This document shows positions 1 through 13,114 of a stretch of 64,000 nt of DNA, piece by piece. The notes beneath the pieces were generated by a model, which did no database searches, was not told the DNA's origin, and saw only the letters and a list, made by a program, of their open reading frames with translations. Location of the stretch: assembly GCA_051294375.1 (NCBI GenBank), contig CM119268.1, positions 24,041,167-24,105,166 of the forward strand. Direction: 5' to 3'. Position 1 is the first letter of the stretch. Each line of letters opens with the position of its first letter. The stretch is from Paraspadella gotoi. Lineage: Eukaryota; Animalia; Chaetognatha. The translations under genes were made by a program, and so were the position numbers.

Positions 1-676
1 TAATGGATTTAAAAACTTAATGATTTGTTAATGAAACTTTTTTAATGTTGATTCTATATTTTTTTTTCGTTTTATAAAAGTGTAATTTTTAGGATTAAGT
101 CCGACAATATTGAATTTAACTTTATAACAATGTTCTTTTATTTGTTTGAGTATTATCAAACGAAATTTCATTCTTGTATTTCTACTACCATCCTGTAATA
201 ATTGATTCAAGTTTTATATTAACCGAGGTAACAGCGGTCACTATCATTGCCTGTTACGACATAAACAAAATTATGAATTTTGACGGTTTGATAGTAATAG
301 CATTAATGACCTGACATCAAATATATAGTATTTACTAAATCGTAAGATAAATTATAGATTGTATATTGCATACTATTGCATACTATTGTATACTTTTGCA
401 ATGCATAGAGGTCGGTGGGATCAAGAAAAATTGTTGCTTATTTTAATCTTTTATGTGACTTAATTTAAACTGGATTATTAAGTAAATTAAAAAAAATTAA
501 CATTCGAAAAAATAAAAATATAAAGCAGTTACTAAATAAGTAATACTTATATCTATTGTGAATTTAACTACATCATCTTATATGCGATTTCCCCCAACGA
601 CCTCACTTCGTGTGCTACAAGAAATTAAGATTTTCTACAAATTTCATTTTTAACAGAATCACTAAATACTCAACTG

Positions 677-3600
677 ATGCATAGCAAATTAGTTATTGAC
701 TCTATCATTAATCCTGCCCAATTAAATCCAATCCCACTTAACCTTAATCAACTTAAATCAACCCACACTAATCGATCACACTTGACCACACTATCCATGG
801 CCCACTCCACACTTTTCTCTTCCTCTTACTCCTCTTCCCGCTTATGCCCCACAACCCTAACCTCTTCCTCTTCCTCCCTTCGCTCTTCATCTTCCTCCTC
901 TTATTATCACTACCCACTGAACTCCTCTTCCAAATCATCGCTTTCCTCTTCCTCCTCCAATTGGATTCCAACGCGTTTTTCCTCTTCTTCGACGCCGTTG
1001 ACGGCGCTGACTGAGATGGAGAAAAATCTTAATAAAGAAGAAGAAGAAATTGATTTTAAGTAAGAAATTCGAATCTTTAAGAACCGCGTTCGAATCTCAT
1101 GTCATTCAAGTTTTTTTTTAATTTGCTAATTTTTATTCGTGGAACAATATAGACTTCTGGTTTATATTATCTGTCAAAAAGTAATAAAAAAAAACCAACT
1201 AAGAAGTCAACTTGGTTCACGTAACTTCTGTTAATTATTTTCGATCAAATGCATGAATAAAAAAAAATGATAATAATTATTTAATCGTTCATAATTTTTT
1301 TATTAAATTTTATTTGTTATCGGCCATAATCGCGCTATTTTAAAAATCGACCTAAATCCTTAAATTTAATTTTAATTTAAATAATTAATCTAAATTAGTA
1401 TAAACAATATAAACATTATCCATTCATTTAATAAATAAGCTATTTTGCTCCTGATTTTTGACAGGTTTTGGTCCCGGAAATTTTATATTTTATATTAAAT
1501 ATTTAACCCAATTATTAACCCAAATAACTAACCCTAACCATTAATCAAATCCTTAATTTAATCCTTAATCCTAATCCCTTACTTACCAATTACTTAAAAT
1601 CCTTGAATATTAACTGAAAAGGGGCGCTTTCAGATAATAGTACCAATATCCTTCTTTACCCTAACAGATCCAACGAAGCGAATTCTTTTTATTCGCGATC
1701 GTCGACGCCTGAAATAAATCAAGCTTTGCTCAGCTCCGCAATCCAATCCCCTGGCACAGCAACCCTTATCCCTAGCGCCGCAACCGTCGCCCTCAGCTCT
1801 GCACCAGCGCCCTCAATCGTTGCGGTCAAACGAAAAAGTGATTTCTCAGACGCTGAAGGAATTGTGGGTTTGTCTGGAGGCAACTCACCTTTACTCACTT
1901 CGAAAAAGGCGGCGGGCAAAGAAGTAAGCTCATTTGGATATTTGTATATTAAATATTGTATATATTGTCTATGACCTTGGAAAGGATATATTGAGTTAAG
2001 TCCTCATTATTTCTTACAAGATACAAGATATAAAGTCCCTTCATGATTTTAATCAAAACTGTCAGCTTCGTTTTTTAGTTGCGCACAGAGTTCTCATGGA
2101 GCAACTTTATAAGTGTAACTAATTTTTCGGTTGGTCGGTATGTTTGTCCCCCTTACAGTTCAAATGCTTAGGAAGGTTAGGTTAGGAAGGTTAGGTTAGG
2201 TTAGGAAGGTTAGGTGCCGTTAGACCTTTAATGTGCTTATGTATTATACTTGTGCAGTAAGGCGTAGTGAAAGTTGTAGATGAAAATTCGAATAGTTGTT
2301 CATGAACAGTTTTGTACTAAAGAACATTGATATATAATTTTTTTTAATTTATAAATTTTTGCCTACGCCCATATTTATACATAGTACTTACCATAGAAAA
2401 TGTCAGAATTTATAAATAGTTTTTTTTTGTTTTGAAAGCAGATTCGAATTCCCCATAAAAAGTTGATAAAAGAAAATATAAGTCTTAATCAAAAATTAAA
2501 AAAACTATATTATTTTATACTAAAATTAAATTATTGGTTAACTATAACAGTTTTTTAGGATTTTGACCCACTTCATGAAATAATTTTCGAAAAAGATTTA
2601 TAATTCCTTGTATCAACTTTTCGTGAGGAATTCGAATCTGCTTTCAAAATAGGAAAAAAAACATTTTAAAATTTTAACATTTTTTATGGTGAGTATTATG
2701 TATAAATATGGGCCTATGCGAAAATTGAAAAAAAAAATTTATTAAAAATGTTCACAGGTACAAGCCTCTTCATGTTTACAGGTACAAGCCTCTTCATGTT
2801 TACAGGTACAAGCCTCTTCATATTACAGGTACCAAGCCTCTTCATGTTTACAGGTACAAGCCTCTTCATATTACAGGTACAAGCCTCTTCATGTTTACAG
2901 GTACAAGCCTCTTCATTTACAGGTACAAGCCTCTTCATGTTTACAGTACAAGCCTCTTCATGTTTACAGGTACAAGCCTCTTCATGTTTACAGGTACAAG
3001 CCTCTTCATGATCTACTATTCGAGTTTTGATTTTACTTGATTTTAATATTTTTTTTTCTTCGCTTTATTGTGATCATTTAAAAAGCGATCACATGACTAT
3101 ATATTCAATGGAATGAATAATTTAGAAAATACTGAATTATCTTAATACTTGGCAGACTGGTAAGTTATTATTCAATGCTTCTTGTGTTTCATATTTGTGA
3201 AGTCACGTGACCACGCAAAACTATAGTCACGTGATAATAAAAGTAAATAAGGAATATTTTGTGTAATGTTCGGTTATTTTAGTTGAAACTTTGCAGAGAA
3301 GTGATCAACCCTAGGACATTTGTTAGACATGAATTTTATAGTGATATAACATATGTATAGTCATGTTATTACTAGGGAATATACATGAATAGAAAGTCAC
3401 TGTGGCGTAAACTGTGGCGTAAACTCTGACGTAAACTGTGGCGTAAACTGTGGCGTTAATTACCGGAATACCTGGCTTCTTTATCAGTAAAGAGGTTGAA
3501 CTTTTTAAATGAATCTCACATTTAAGCGTGACCTAGTTCATGGAATACTTTATTGTAATCATTAGTTTACGTCTTTTTAGTTTTCAAAATCGGAAGTCGA

Positions 3601-4599
3601 CATCTCAACTTCACTCATGTCTCTCTCCTCTTCCTCTTCCTCCTTCCCCTTCCCCCTTGCCTCCCTCTCTCCATTCCTCTTCTCCTCCCACTCTTCCTCC
3701 TCCTCCCTCTTCCTCTTCCTCCTTCCCCTTGCCTCCCTCTCTCCATTCCTCTTCTCCTCCCAATCTTCCTCCTCCTCCCTCTTCCTCTTCCTCCTTCCCC
3801 TTCCTCCCTCTCTCCATTCCTCTTCTCCTCCCACTCTTCCTCCTCCTCCTCCTCCCTTCTTCCTCTTTCTCTTCCCCTTGCCTCCCTCTCTCCATTCCTC
3901 TTCTCCTCCCACTTCTTCCTCCTCCTCCCTCTTCCTCCTCCTTCCCCTTTCCTCCCTCTCTTCCTCCTCCCTCCCACTCTTCCTCCTCTCCTCCCTCTCT
4001 CCCTCGTCCACCACATCAGCGGAGATTCTTCACCAACACACGTGAAAGATGGAGACAACAAAATGTGAATTCATCTTTTGCTTCGTTGAGAAAACTCTTG
4101 CCTACTCATCCCCCGGAAAAGAAGTTAAGGTCTGCATTCATTCATTCATTCATTCATTCTATATTTTCATTATTTAATTCATTCATTCATTTATTCATTC
4201 ATTTATGATTCCTTTCATTCCATATATTCATTTATTCATTCAATCATTCCATATATTCATTTAAATTTAGGAAAAACAGTTTTTGGTGACAAACAACGAT
4301 TTTTATTTGGCAGAATAGTCGGATATATTTCTACATTCATGTTTTGCGTATCTTTATCAGCGTTTTATTTTGACAAGATTTTCTCTACAAACATTGAGTT
4401 AGAAAGAGAGATAGATAGATAGATAGATAATTGTACATGGACCTAGGTACCTTCTGCAAGAAGGACCTATAAGGTAACAGTGGGTCCGTTCATTTAAATT
4501 TCATTAAAAGGTTTTACAGTTAAAAAGTCTACCAATCAATTATCTGCTAAAGGTCCATACTAATCATAAGTTAGTACTCAATTACAAAAAAAGGAGAGA

Positions 4600-4653
<54 letters not shown>

Positions 4654-6403
4654 ACGATATATCCAAGTGGCACTTGGTATTTTCCCAGGCAGGTCTTTAC
4701 CTGATCCAAAACTATCCCACTCAACAGCAAAATCCTCTCAGTCTATGAAAAGTCAATGACCCGATCTCATCATCAACATCCCACCTTTGTCTGGCCAGGG
4801 GGGGCCAGCTCATTTTGAGCTCTTTCTTCACTTATAATTTTACTTATCTGTCATCTTATCTATCTCTCACCACTTACCTCTACATTTCATTTTTCAATTT
4901 TCACTATTCATTTTTTACTTAATTAATTTATTTAAGTTTAAATTTAAGTTTAACTATTTTATCCATGTTGTACATTGCCAAATGTAACTATTTCTCTCTC
5001 TATTTCTCTCTCTCTCTCTCTCTTTCTCTCTTTTTTTTTCTCTCTCCTCTCACTTTTTCACAATTTCAACTTAACTTTCCTCTTCTTCCCTGTCCTTACC
5101 TTCACCTGTCCTCACATCTGACTACTATCCTTTGTTGGAAACTCTCTCTCAATTTCTCTCTCTCTCTCTCTGTTTGTAACCAAAAACTGCTAAATTCCAA
5201 AACGCCACGAAAAGAGAGAAACTTAACATAATTATTTTAAATATATTAATTCATTCATTCGATATATTGGTTTATCCCGTCATTTATTCTTTCATTCATT
5301 CCGTATATTTATTCCTTTATTAATTAGTTTTTCTCATTTCTTCGTTTCTTTTTTCATTCATTTATTCGTTCGTTCATTCCTGTTTTCTTTTTCTCTCTTT
5401 GCTACTCTAAATTTTGTTTTCATTCATTTGTTCATTCATTCAATTAGTTATATATATAATCCAAGATCACCCGGAAATACTCGTGAAAAGAAAGTCTCTC
5501 TAGCAGCCAAGGAACGGGTCCTTGGCTTGGAAACGGGCTCGAGGTGAACATATTTCAATGCCCGACGACAACTCATGTCTATACATATCGTTACGAGTGA
5601 AGCAATAAACAAAAGTCTCGTCAGCTAGAAAATCTACAACATATTCTGCAGGTTTTGCGCAGGTTCACTTCGCAGGCTCGTCTATCGATTTTAACTCAAT
5701 CAGCTTGGTACTAGGTCAAATCTTAACCCGGTGACTGTCCTACAGAATGCTTGAGGACGATCGTAAATCGCTTTGAGCGAGTAGCGATCCAGAGGCAGAT
5801 AACGAAGTAATGGCGTAATTGCGAATAAAAAGTGAATTTAAAGAACATCGAATAAACCTATTGAATTTATTATTCATTGTATGATCAAATAACTCATTTT
5901 TTAAAATATTTTTTACAGTAAAAACGAAATTCTACGTCTTGCCATTAAATACATTCGCCTTCTTGACGGAGTCATCGAATTTCAAGATGCAGAAGCAAAA
6001 ACAAAAGACACGAGAGGAGAAAAAAGTTTCGGTCAAAATCCGAGAGATGGCGGAGAGGTGGAGAATGAGGCCGTGACGGCCAAATCGAACAAAAGGTCAG
6101 TTTGAAGTCTCCTTAGGGTGGGATAGAGGCCTTAAATCTTAAAGCTTTTTTATTAAGGCTAATTTGATATTTATAATATATTATTTTTTATATTATTTGT
6201 ACCAATTTCATTCCAGAGCTAAATTCTCTAACACTGTTTGGACTTCAACTACTGTGTCGGCTGCAGCGTCTTCAGCGGCTGCAGCGACGGCTGCAACCCC
6301 TGCTGCTGCTGCTGCGGGATTCGAATCTCCGACTTTTAACTTTTCAAATTCTCCTGATTCCTGTTTCGATTTTAGTTCAGAATCTGAAGGAGAAGAAAAT
6401 TAA
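677..6403 (+). CDS. TAL1/SCL/LYL1-class bHLH transcription factor (5 exons: 677 or 797-1059, 1668-1923, 4020-4129, 5919-6095, 6217-6403)
   Basis: Spliced translation gives [36 protein letters not shown]|[22 protein letters not shown], the diagnostic SCL/TAL basic-helix-loop-helix. All GT-AG junctions are phase-compatible (2,0,2,2). The start codon is uncertain. Confidence 0.88.
2750..3010. repeat. 24-bp minisatellite (tttacaggtacaagcctcttcatg) x ~11
   Basis: Direct tandem copies. A single unit-like sequence lies at 20172-20190 in the sister transposon copy. Confidence 0.95.
3620..4012. repeat. Polypyrimidine minisatellite (~69-bp unit) upstream of the bHLH exon acceptor
   Basis: Almost pure C/T with no AG until 4018. 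Confidence 0.9.
4268..5225. mobile_element. Older inverted-arm copy of the same hammerhead/PLE-type family in TAL intron 3
   Basis: The minus arm (4268-4420) has a decayed core (CTGATAA..GAAATATATC) and the aataaaaatcgttgttt signature. The plus arm (4650-5225) matches 59230-59400 and 60680-60860 (ggggccagctcattttgagctc; ccttcacctgtcctcacatctgac). Confidence 0.65.
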
Positions 6404-7038
6404 ACTGATGACAAATTTACTGACAATTTGACTTACGAGCTGACATTCAATTGACAAATTGGCAATTAGTTGAAAAAACAAGAACGGTAAATCAAATGTG
6501 TTGCGCCGCAGTGACTGCCTTATCACGTATATTTCTCGTGACATGACATGACGTGACATGACATGACGTGACGCCCTAGCATGTGGAGCTAGCAGTCCTT
6601 AGAATTGAGGTTTTTTTCTGTCTTAACAAAAGAGCAACCAACTATAGGGAAATTATATGCATTTTTAATGTAAGTGGGACAGACCGACAAATTGACTAAA
6701 AAATTTACATATAATTGTAAAAAAAAAACATTTGATTGATAAATTAACATTTTCTAATGTTTGATTTTATTTTCTAATTCCCAACGGAATATAAATTTAT
6801 TTCTTAGTAAATTGTATCATTTTTGTCGCATTAATATTTTTCCCTCGTAATTTTTAAGGCAAAATGTTTAAATTTAATTGAAATAAAATTAATGGAAATT
6901 TCTCAGTAAAATTCATTTTTAATTCTTTCTTCTGAGTTAATTAGTCTCCGACGATTTAAATATTAAAATTATAATTAACTTATTCAAAAAGTCTTTAAAA
7001 AAAGGGTTTATCGCGACGTCAAATCGAAGCCAAGAACG

Positions 7039-9579
7039 ATGAGCCACCGGGGGCAGGGCATGCCTGGCAGGGCGACTGGGACGGAACAGGGCATGCCAGA
7101 CAGGGCGACAGTGACGGGGCAGGGTGTTCCCGGTGGGCCGGTGGGCGAGAGGCAAGGGCCGCATGGAGAAATGAACATTCAAGGTCCATCAAAGCCAAAA
7201 CCTCAAAGTAAATTAATTTTATAAATAAATAAATTATTAAATAAAATAATTAAAGGAAGGAGAAATAAAATTAGAATTTAATTATAGGAAGATGATATTA
7301 ATTAGTGTTGATAATGATCACGAAAATGTGAAAGAAAAGAACATATTATTAATAAAGTTGATGATAATCGTTATATTAAAGTAAAATATGAAGATAATAG
7401 TTAAATAGGATAAAATATTGATTTTAATTTAATTTTCTCGAGGTTTTTCGTCAAAACAATCTCGCAATTACTCAGGTATGTCAATTAAATATTTTGGTAA
7501 TTTTTATCAAATTGGTTAATCTGTATCAGGTGGTGAAAGGAATTCCATGAGAGATAAGGATCACTGGATAGATATTAGATAGGTATCTAGTTAAAGGTAG
7601 ATTCTGACTAGACTCTCATCAAAATAAGAGGGAGTAAGGTGAACACGACTCTGCCCAACTCAAGAGCGAAACCCCTGGTCCCGGGGATGAAGAGGAGGGG
7701 AAGAGGAGGAGGGGATGAAGAGGAGGGGACGACGAGGGGATGAAGTGGAGGGGACGACGAAGGGGAGGCATAAGGAGCTAAACCCTGTTTGAGAAAGTGA
7801 TCCGACAATTAGCTTCAGGAATAACTTGCTTATTGGGTCAATTTATGGTTCTCTATTTTTACTTAATCCTGAACTTATTTCTATTCTTAATCTTTATCAA
7901 AATTCATAACCAAAAGTATAATCGAATCACTAACCTTAATTCCTGTTTCTAATCTGTAACCGTTATGTAATCCTCAACCCTCGGCCCTAATCTCTATCCC
8001 TAATCTCTATCCCTGTTCAAGATCACTTACTTAATTCCTAATCTCAACCCTAGCCTGATCTTTAACCCTAATAAATAACCTGATCTTTAAAGTTAAAAAT
8101 CCTGAAATGAGAAGTCTTTGGAAAAACAGGCCCTAATTCTTTGCACTGGTTAATTCATTTGTACCCAGAGTCAAATGTCATTTTCTGTTCTTTAGCTCAA
8201 CAGAGTCAACGAATGGCAACCACAATTAAAGAGGAAAATGAAGAAGAGGCAATTAAAGCCTCAGTTAAATTAGAAGATATTCCGACTCTAACTGGATATG
8301 AAGGTTTATATATATGGATGATGCAAACAAATAATACAGTCTCATATTGATAAGTAGTTTATGACTATTATCGTTTTACATTTGCCTCTACGGAAATAGA
8401 ATTTAATTTTTTTTTTAATTTAAATGTTTTTAACCTTGAAATCGATTCATTGGACAATATTAATACCAAGTTTGGTTGTGACATATTTGTAAGTTGGTTT
8501 CCTGCTAATTTCTCTGTGCAAATCTAACGCAGGAACCGGGTTTAACGAAAGTGAATGCCATGCGCCACCTCCCAATCAAATTAACGTAGCAGACATAATG
8601 AACAAAGTGAAAAACCCTGCCGACATTCTAGAGGAGTATGTCATGGATTTTGCCATTACCGGTGAGAAGTATGTCGCCATTACTTCTGAGTTCTTTAATT
8701 ACAATTGGCAATATTGCGTCATCTCAAACTGTATGCCTGTATTTCTGTATGTCTGCATGTCTGTATGTCAGTATGCCGGGAGCATTCAGAAATGATAAGA
8801 ATGATGCATGTTATGTTTTACATAATTGAGTTATAAATTTTACTTGATGTTTATTATATATTGTTTATAATATTTATGGTAACAATTAAAAACATTAAAA
8901 CACAGAAGAGGAGATTCGTGATCGAGTTGTGGAACTGGCCCAACAACATCAATGCTGGGGAAAGAAGTTCGGAAGAAGGATGGAGGTAGATGCATCACTG
9001 ATGGTGTTGGATATGAAACCTTTTCCTGAACCAGGGAAAATGGAAATTTGTTAATGGCGAAAATGAGATTTAATTAGTTAAAGAACTCTTTAAGTTTTTT
9101 GTAGGAGGGACACACTTAAGAAACTAGTTTGAAGACTCTTTTGATATGTTTAATAGTCCTTAACTTAGGAGCAAGTTTCTTGGAAACTTGCCTATGTCTC
9201 AAACTCTCAATGAATAAAGCGTAAGATGCCTTGGGGTCCCATGGCTAATATAAGAGGTTTTAGAAGTTATGGATAGTCATCTTCGGCCTACTTAACACCC
9301 TAACCACAGATTTCTTATTATTATATTCACTCAAATTTGGTTTATTTTCTTTGATTTTTTGGTCAGATAAAATCTGTTACACAATATCCAGGACTTCAAT
9401 ACAGTTTGGATTCTCATTGTGAAGAAAGAAAAACTCGTTGGAAAACTGTTCCTTTTTCGTGAGTTTATTTCTATTTTTGTTCTTATTTGCTTTTATTGCT
9501 TTATTGTACCGGGGTCAAATTAAATAAAATAAATAATACGCAAATAGAATTACTTATAGAAATTAATAGATAAATCGTC

Positions 9580-9662
<83 letters not shown>

Positions 9663-12125
9663 CAAGAGGTGGATTCGTGGACGGTCCAGACAAAGGGATG
9701 ACTCCTTCGCCTTGGGATATTTCAATCCCAAGGAAGGGATTCTTTCAAGAGAACATCGTTAAAGTCGAAGTGATGAAGTGATAAAATGATAAAGTGATAA
9801 AAAAATAAACTGAAGTGATGATATGATTTAATGATAAAATTTTAAAATGATAAATGGCACCACATTTAAGTAAGTAGACAGGGATTTCTCTCTGGAGGCG
9901 TGGGTTCGAATCCCACCACTGGCACCACATTTAAGTAAGTAGACGAGGATTTCAACATGAAACCAAAGTGGAATTTATTTCAGTATTTGAACAAACGCAA
10001 GACGGTGTCAGAATTTGAGACAGAGTGAATCAGTAAAAAAATGGTCAGTATTTTTACAGAGCCATCGGATCATCGACACGGGCTGGTTTTCCCCCTGGCA
10101 TGAAGCCCAACTTGTGATTGGTCCAGTCACTTGGTGGTTCGTCCAATTAGAAAGCAGAATCCGACTTCCGATTCTATTTTTGGTTCCGATTGCATCTGTG
10201 ATGAGACAATATGAACATGCAATATTTTTTCAAATAAGAATTTAAAAAAATAATTAAAAAAAGACTTTTAATAAAGAAAGACAACTTAATCTAGTCTTTT
10301 TATTTGTTTATGAAACCATGAAAAATGAAAAGATATTTCGGCTCCAGTTGCATGCCCTAATTAGCACAAATCCGCCCTAAAAAAAAAGAGATTGTGTGAC
10401 TCTCACAGGTGCCTCACACATCCGTGATTCATATCTGCTCTCGATGCGGAGGAAGCGGTGAGCAAATCTGCAGCAACTGCGGCGGCGAAGGACTCCTAAT
10501 TTGCTACAAGTATAAATTAGATCATTCAAAAAAAATTCGAAGTAGAATTTAATCAAGCTCATAACAATATATTATTTTTTGGGATGAGGCGCTATGTAGG
10601 CAGAGTACTACTATCCGTATCCTATGTGCCTCCTCAGCCCCAATGGAACGGGGAACAAGGCTTGGGGGCTTTTCTGGACCCCAAGGCGGTTTACGGCCGT
10701 TCGCACTCAACCCGCAGAGGAGGTACCATTGGTGATCCATCCGGGTACCAAATGATCAGGTGCTGATGGCTTTAATGAATGAGCCACTCTGTCACTACTT
10801 AGTACTACATTATAGTCGGAGTGAACATTTCGAAATGTAATTGGATTAATTGATTATCTATTATTAAAGCTCTTGGGGTAGCGGTTAGGAAATGAATTGG
10901 CGTTGCTACTTAATTGATTGATTATCTATTAAAGCTGTTGGGGCAGCGGATGGGAAATGGATTGGCCTTGCTACTTCTGTCGAGGACGTGGTCTAATACG
11001 TTGCATTAATTGCATTGGATCTGGCAGAATGTCTTGCCGAGCTTGTCGCGGATGTCGGTAAATCAGTTGTAACTAACCCTAACATTATATATTATATTTT
11101 AATCTATGTCCCTCAGGCAGTTAAAGTCATCTGTAGAGTTGATCGTGAGATTTCATAATGTTTCATCTAATTGGGTCTACGATCGAACAAATCTTCCTTC
11201 TCATCTCTTGAAGAAAGCTCACGGGAAGCGCATCTTCGAGCAATGCTTAGAAAGGGTGGCGCCTATTCAGGTCACAAGGTCAAATGTCTCAAGGTCAAAT
11301 GTCTCAAGGTCAAAGGTTTAAGTTCAAAGCAAGAAAGCGGATTTTTAAGAGAAGGAAGAAAATCAATGGAAGTTAAATTTTTTTATTTAACATTAAATTT
11401 AAGTTTAAACTTTAATTAAAATGCTTTATTTGTAACTAATCAAGTTAAGTTACGGGCCGCCAAACATTCGAGTTAATTTTTTAATAATGTAGGTAATTGA
11501 ATTATTTCTTTTTTTAAAATAAGAATTTTTTTTCATCAGGGATACAAAGTGAATGAGTTGAACCAAGCAAGTTACGAACTTTTAAATAAACATTACAAGA
11601 TACAAGAAAAAGAAAGAATTCACTATCAGGTAAACGAAGATATAGCGCAAATGAAAATTTAAAATAAAAAGGCTAATAACACATGATCATTATGTCCCGG
11701 GATTGATCCCCAATGCTAATTATCATGCGGGAAGCGTGAAGACGGCCGTAAACCACCTGGAAAACCCTTAGGCTTGGTTCCAAGCCCAGCATCTGTTCCA
11801 TGAACGCTAGACAGGGTTTAAGAAGTTGCATATAGCACTATTCAACACACTGAGCGCCTTATCTACATTTTGGTGAATAGAATAATAATTAATTAATTAA
11901 TTAATTAATTTGAAAATAGATAAATAAAAACATACATAAAATTATTAAAAGTTAGATAAGACTTTATTCTTTCCGCAGGGCCACCACGTTGATGTTGTCC
12001 CGCTGTCAGAAATCGTTGCAGTTGGTCGACGGGATGCAACAGAATTTGTCTTTTGGATTTATGGTTTCGAGAAAAATATTTATTTTCCTGATTATCCCGA
12101 TAAGAGTTGCTGCAGCTGTTCTTGA
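7039..12125 (+). CDS. SSUH2: SSUH2 homolog (CxxCxGxG zinc-finger repeat protein); exons ~8196-8303, 8906-8985, 9367-9458, 9667-9769, 10409-10509, 10935-11057, 11116-11269, 11540-11629, 11979-12125; 5' exon (7039-7207) tentative
   Basis: Exons translate to EEIRDRVVELAQQHQCWG.., EERKTRWKTVPF, GGFVDGPDKGMTPSPWDI, VPHTSVIHICSRCGGSGEQICSNCGGEG, CYFCRGRG..CINCIGSG..CRACRG and FWIYGFEKNIYFPDYPDKSCCSCS*. This matches the known SSUH2 layout (VDGP..WD, VPHSS, CxxCxGxG repeats, YG..DYP..CC C-terminus). Confidence 0.88.
9887..9927 (+). pseudogene. 3' half of tRNA-Leu including CCA
   Basis: TCTCTCTGGAGGCGTGGGTTCGAATCCCACCACTGGCACCA contains the Leu variable arm, T-arm, acceptor strand and CCA. There is no 5' half. 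Confidence 0.75.
9928..10208 (-). mobile_element. Probable solo LTR
   Basis: The minus strand starts TGT, has CCAAT, TATA-like and AATAAA elements, and ends cctcgtct..ttactta before TGG like the Gypsy U5/PBS junction. It resembles the LTR-like sequence at 63670-64000. Confidence 0.5.
11722..11866 (+). mobile_element. Solo or partial LTR related to the 49804-50083 LTR (further copies ~9230-9309 +, 34325-34420 -)
   Basis: Shared gttccaagcccag..gttccatg..agaagttgc..gcgccttatc(c/t)aca end. Confidence 0.55.
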
Positions 12126-13114
12126 CCTTGGAAGAAGCTGCTACAGAATTTGCAGCACCTTTCAGTAATTGTAAAAGAGGAATTGCAACAGAATTTGCAG
12201 TAATTCGCTTGTGAAGACAAAAAGAATTAGTAAAGTGAATTAAAAAGAGATTTAAAATGAGATTTATGAAGAGATTTTTAAAGAGACATTAAAATCTACA
12301 AACAATTTTAGAATTTGATACTTTTTAAAGCTGTCTGTTCAGACAGTAGTTTAAATTTAATTTAATTAAGTTAGTTAGCTATCTGTTTTTGTTCTTATAG
12401 CTTTTGAAATATCAAATGTTTGTAGTTGTGCCGCGAGAACTTTGTCATTTTGTCGGTCGTTTGGTCGGTCATTCTGTCGGTCGTTTGGTCGGTCATTCTG
12501 TCGGTCGTTTGGTCCGTCTGTCCCACTTAGGCTTTAAACGCTCATATAAAATTGTATTGTATTGTATTGTATTTATTAATACAGCGGGTCCGAGGACCAT
12601 GGCTCACATTGGTTTTACAAAAACACGCTCATATTAAAGCTCGATTTACCTCGGTTGATCTTTTGTTATTTTTGCTGACATGGAAAGAATCTCGAAGACA
12701 AGCAATTGCGAGCGCTGACTTTTGTTTTAAAAGAAATCGTATTAAAAACAAAAGACATTTTTCCGATCCAGTGCGAGTCGAACGCTCTTTGTCCTCAGAA
12801 TAATAGAAAGAAAGAAAGAAAGTAAGAGAGAAAGAAATAAGGAAAGAAATTCGTTTCTTATTCTTAATAAAAATTTGTTTTACTAAATTAAGTTTCTAAC
12901 AAAAGTTGAAGTAAAGAATAAAAATATTTATGACGAAAACGACGACGAAAACGACGACGATTACGACGACGACGAAATGTGCAAGATAAGCTTAAAGTGA
13001 AAGTAAAGCCTGTCGTCTTAGAAAGAAGAAATAAGGAAAGACAAGACTCGTCGATGAAAAAAGGAGACTTAGAAACAAAGAAAACCTGAGACTCTGACCG
13101 ACAAGAAAACGGAA

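Noticed and set aside
2168-2216. (TTAGG)n telomere-like repeats
   Set aside because: Short, interrupted and interstitial; such runs are common in transposon ends.
3540-4061. Several long overlapping ORFs on both strands (Pro/Ser or Glu/Arg rich)
   Set aside because: Stop-free only because the tract is pure pyrimidine/purine; only 4020-4129 is supported as coding.
9583-9661. (TTTC)n and many (CT)n/(GA)n tracts giving ERERER or LSLSLS ORFs
   Set aside because: Simple microsatellites, non-coding.
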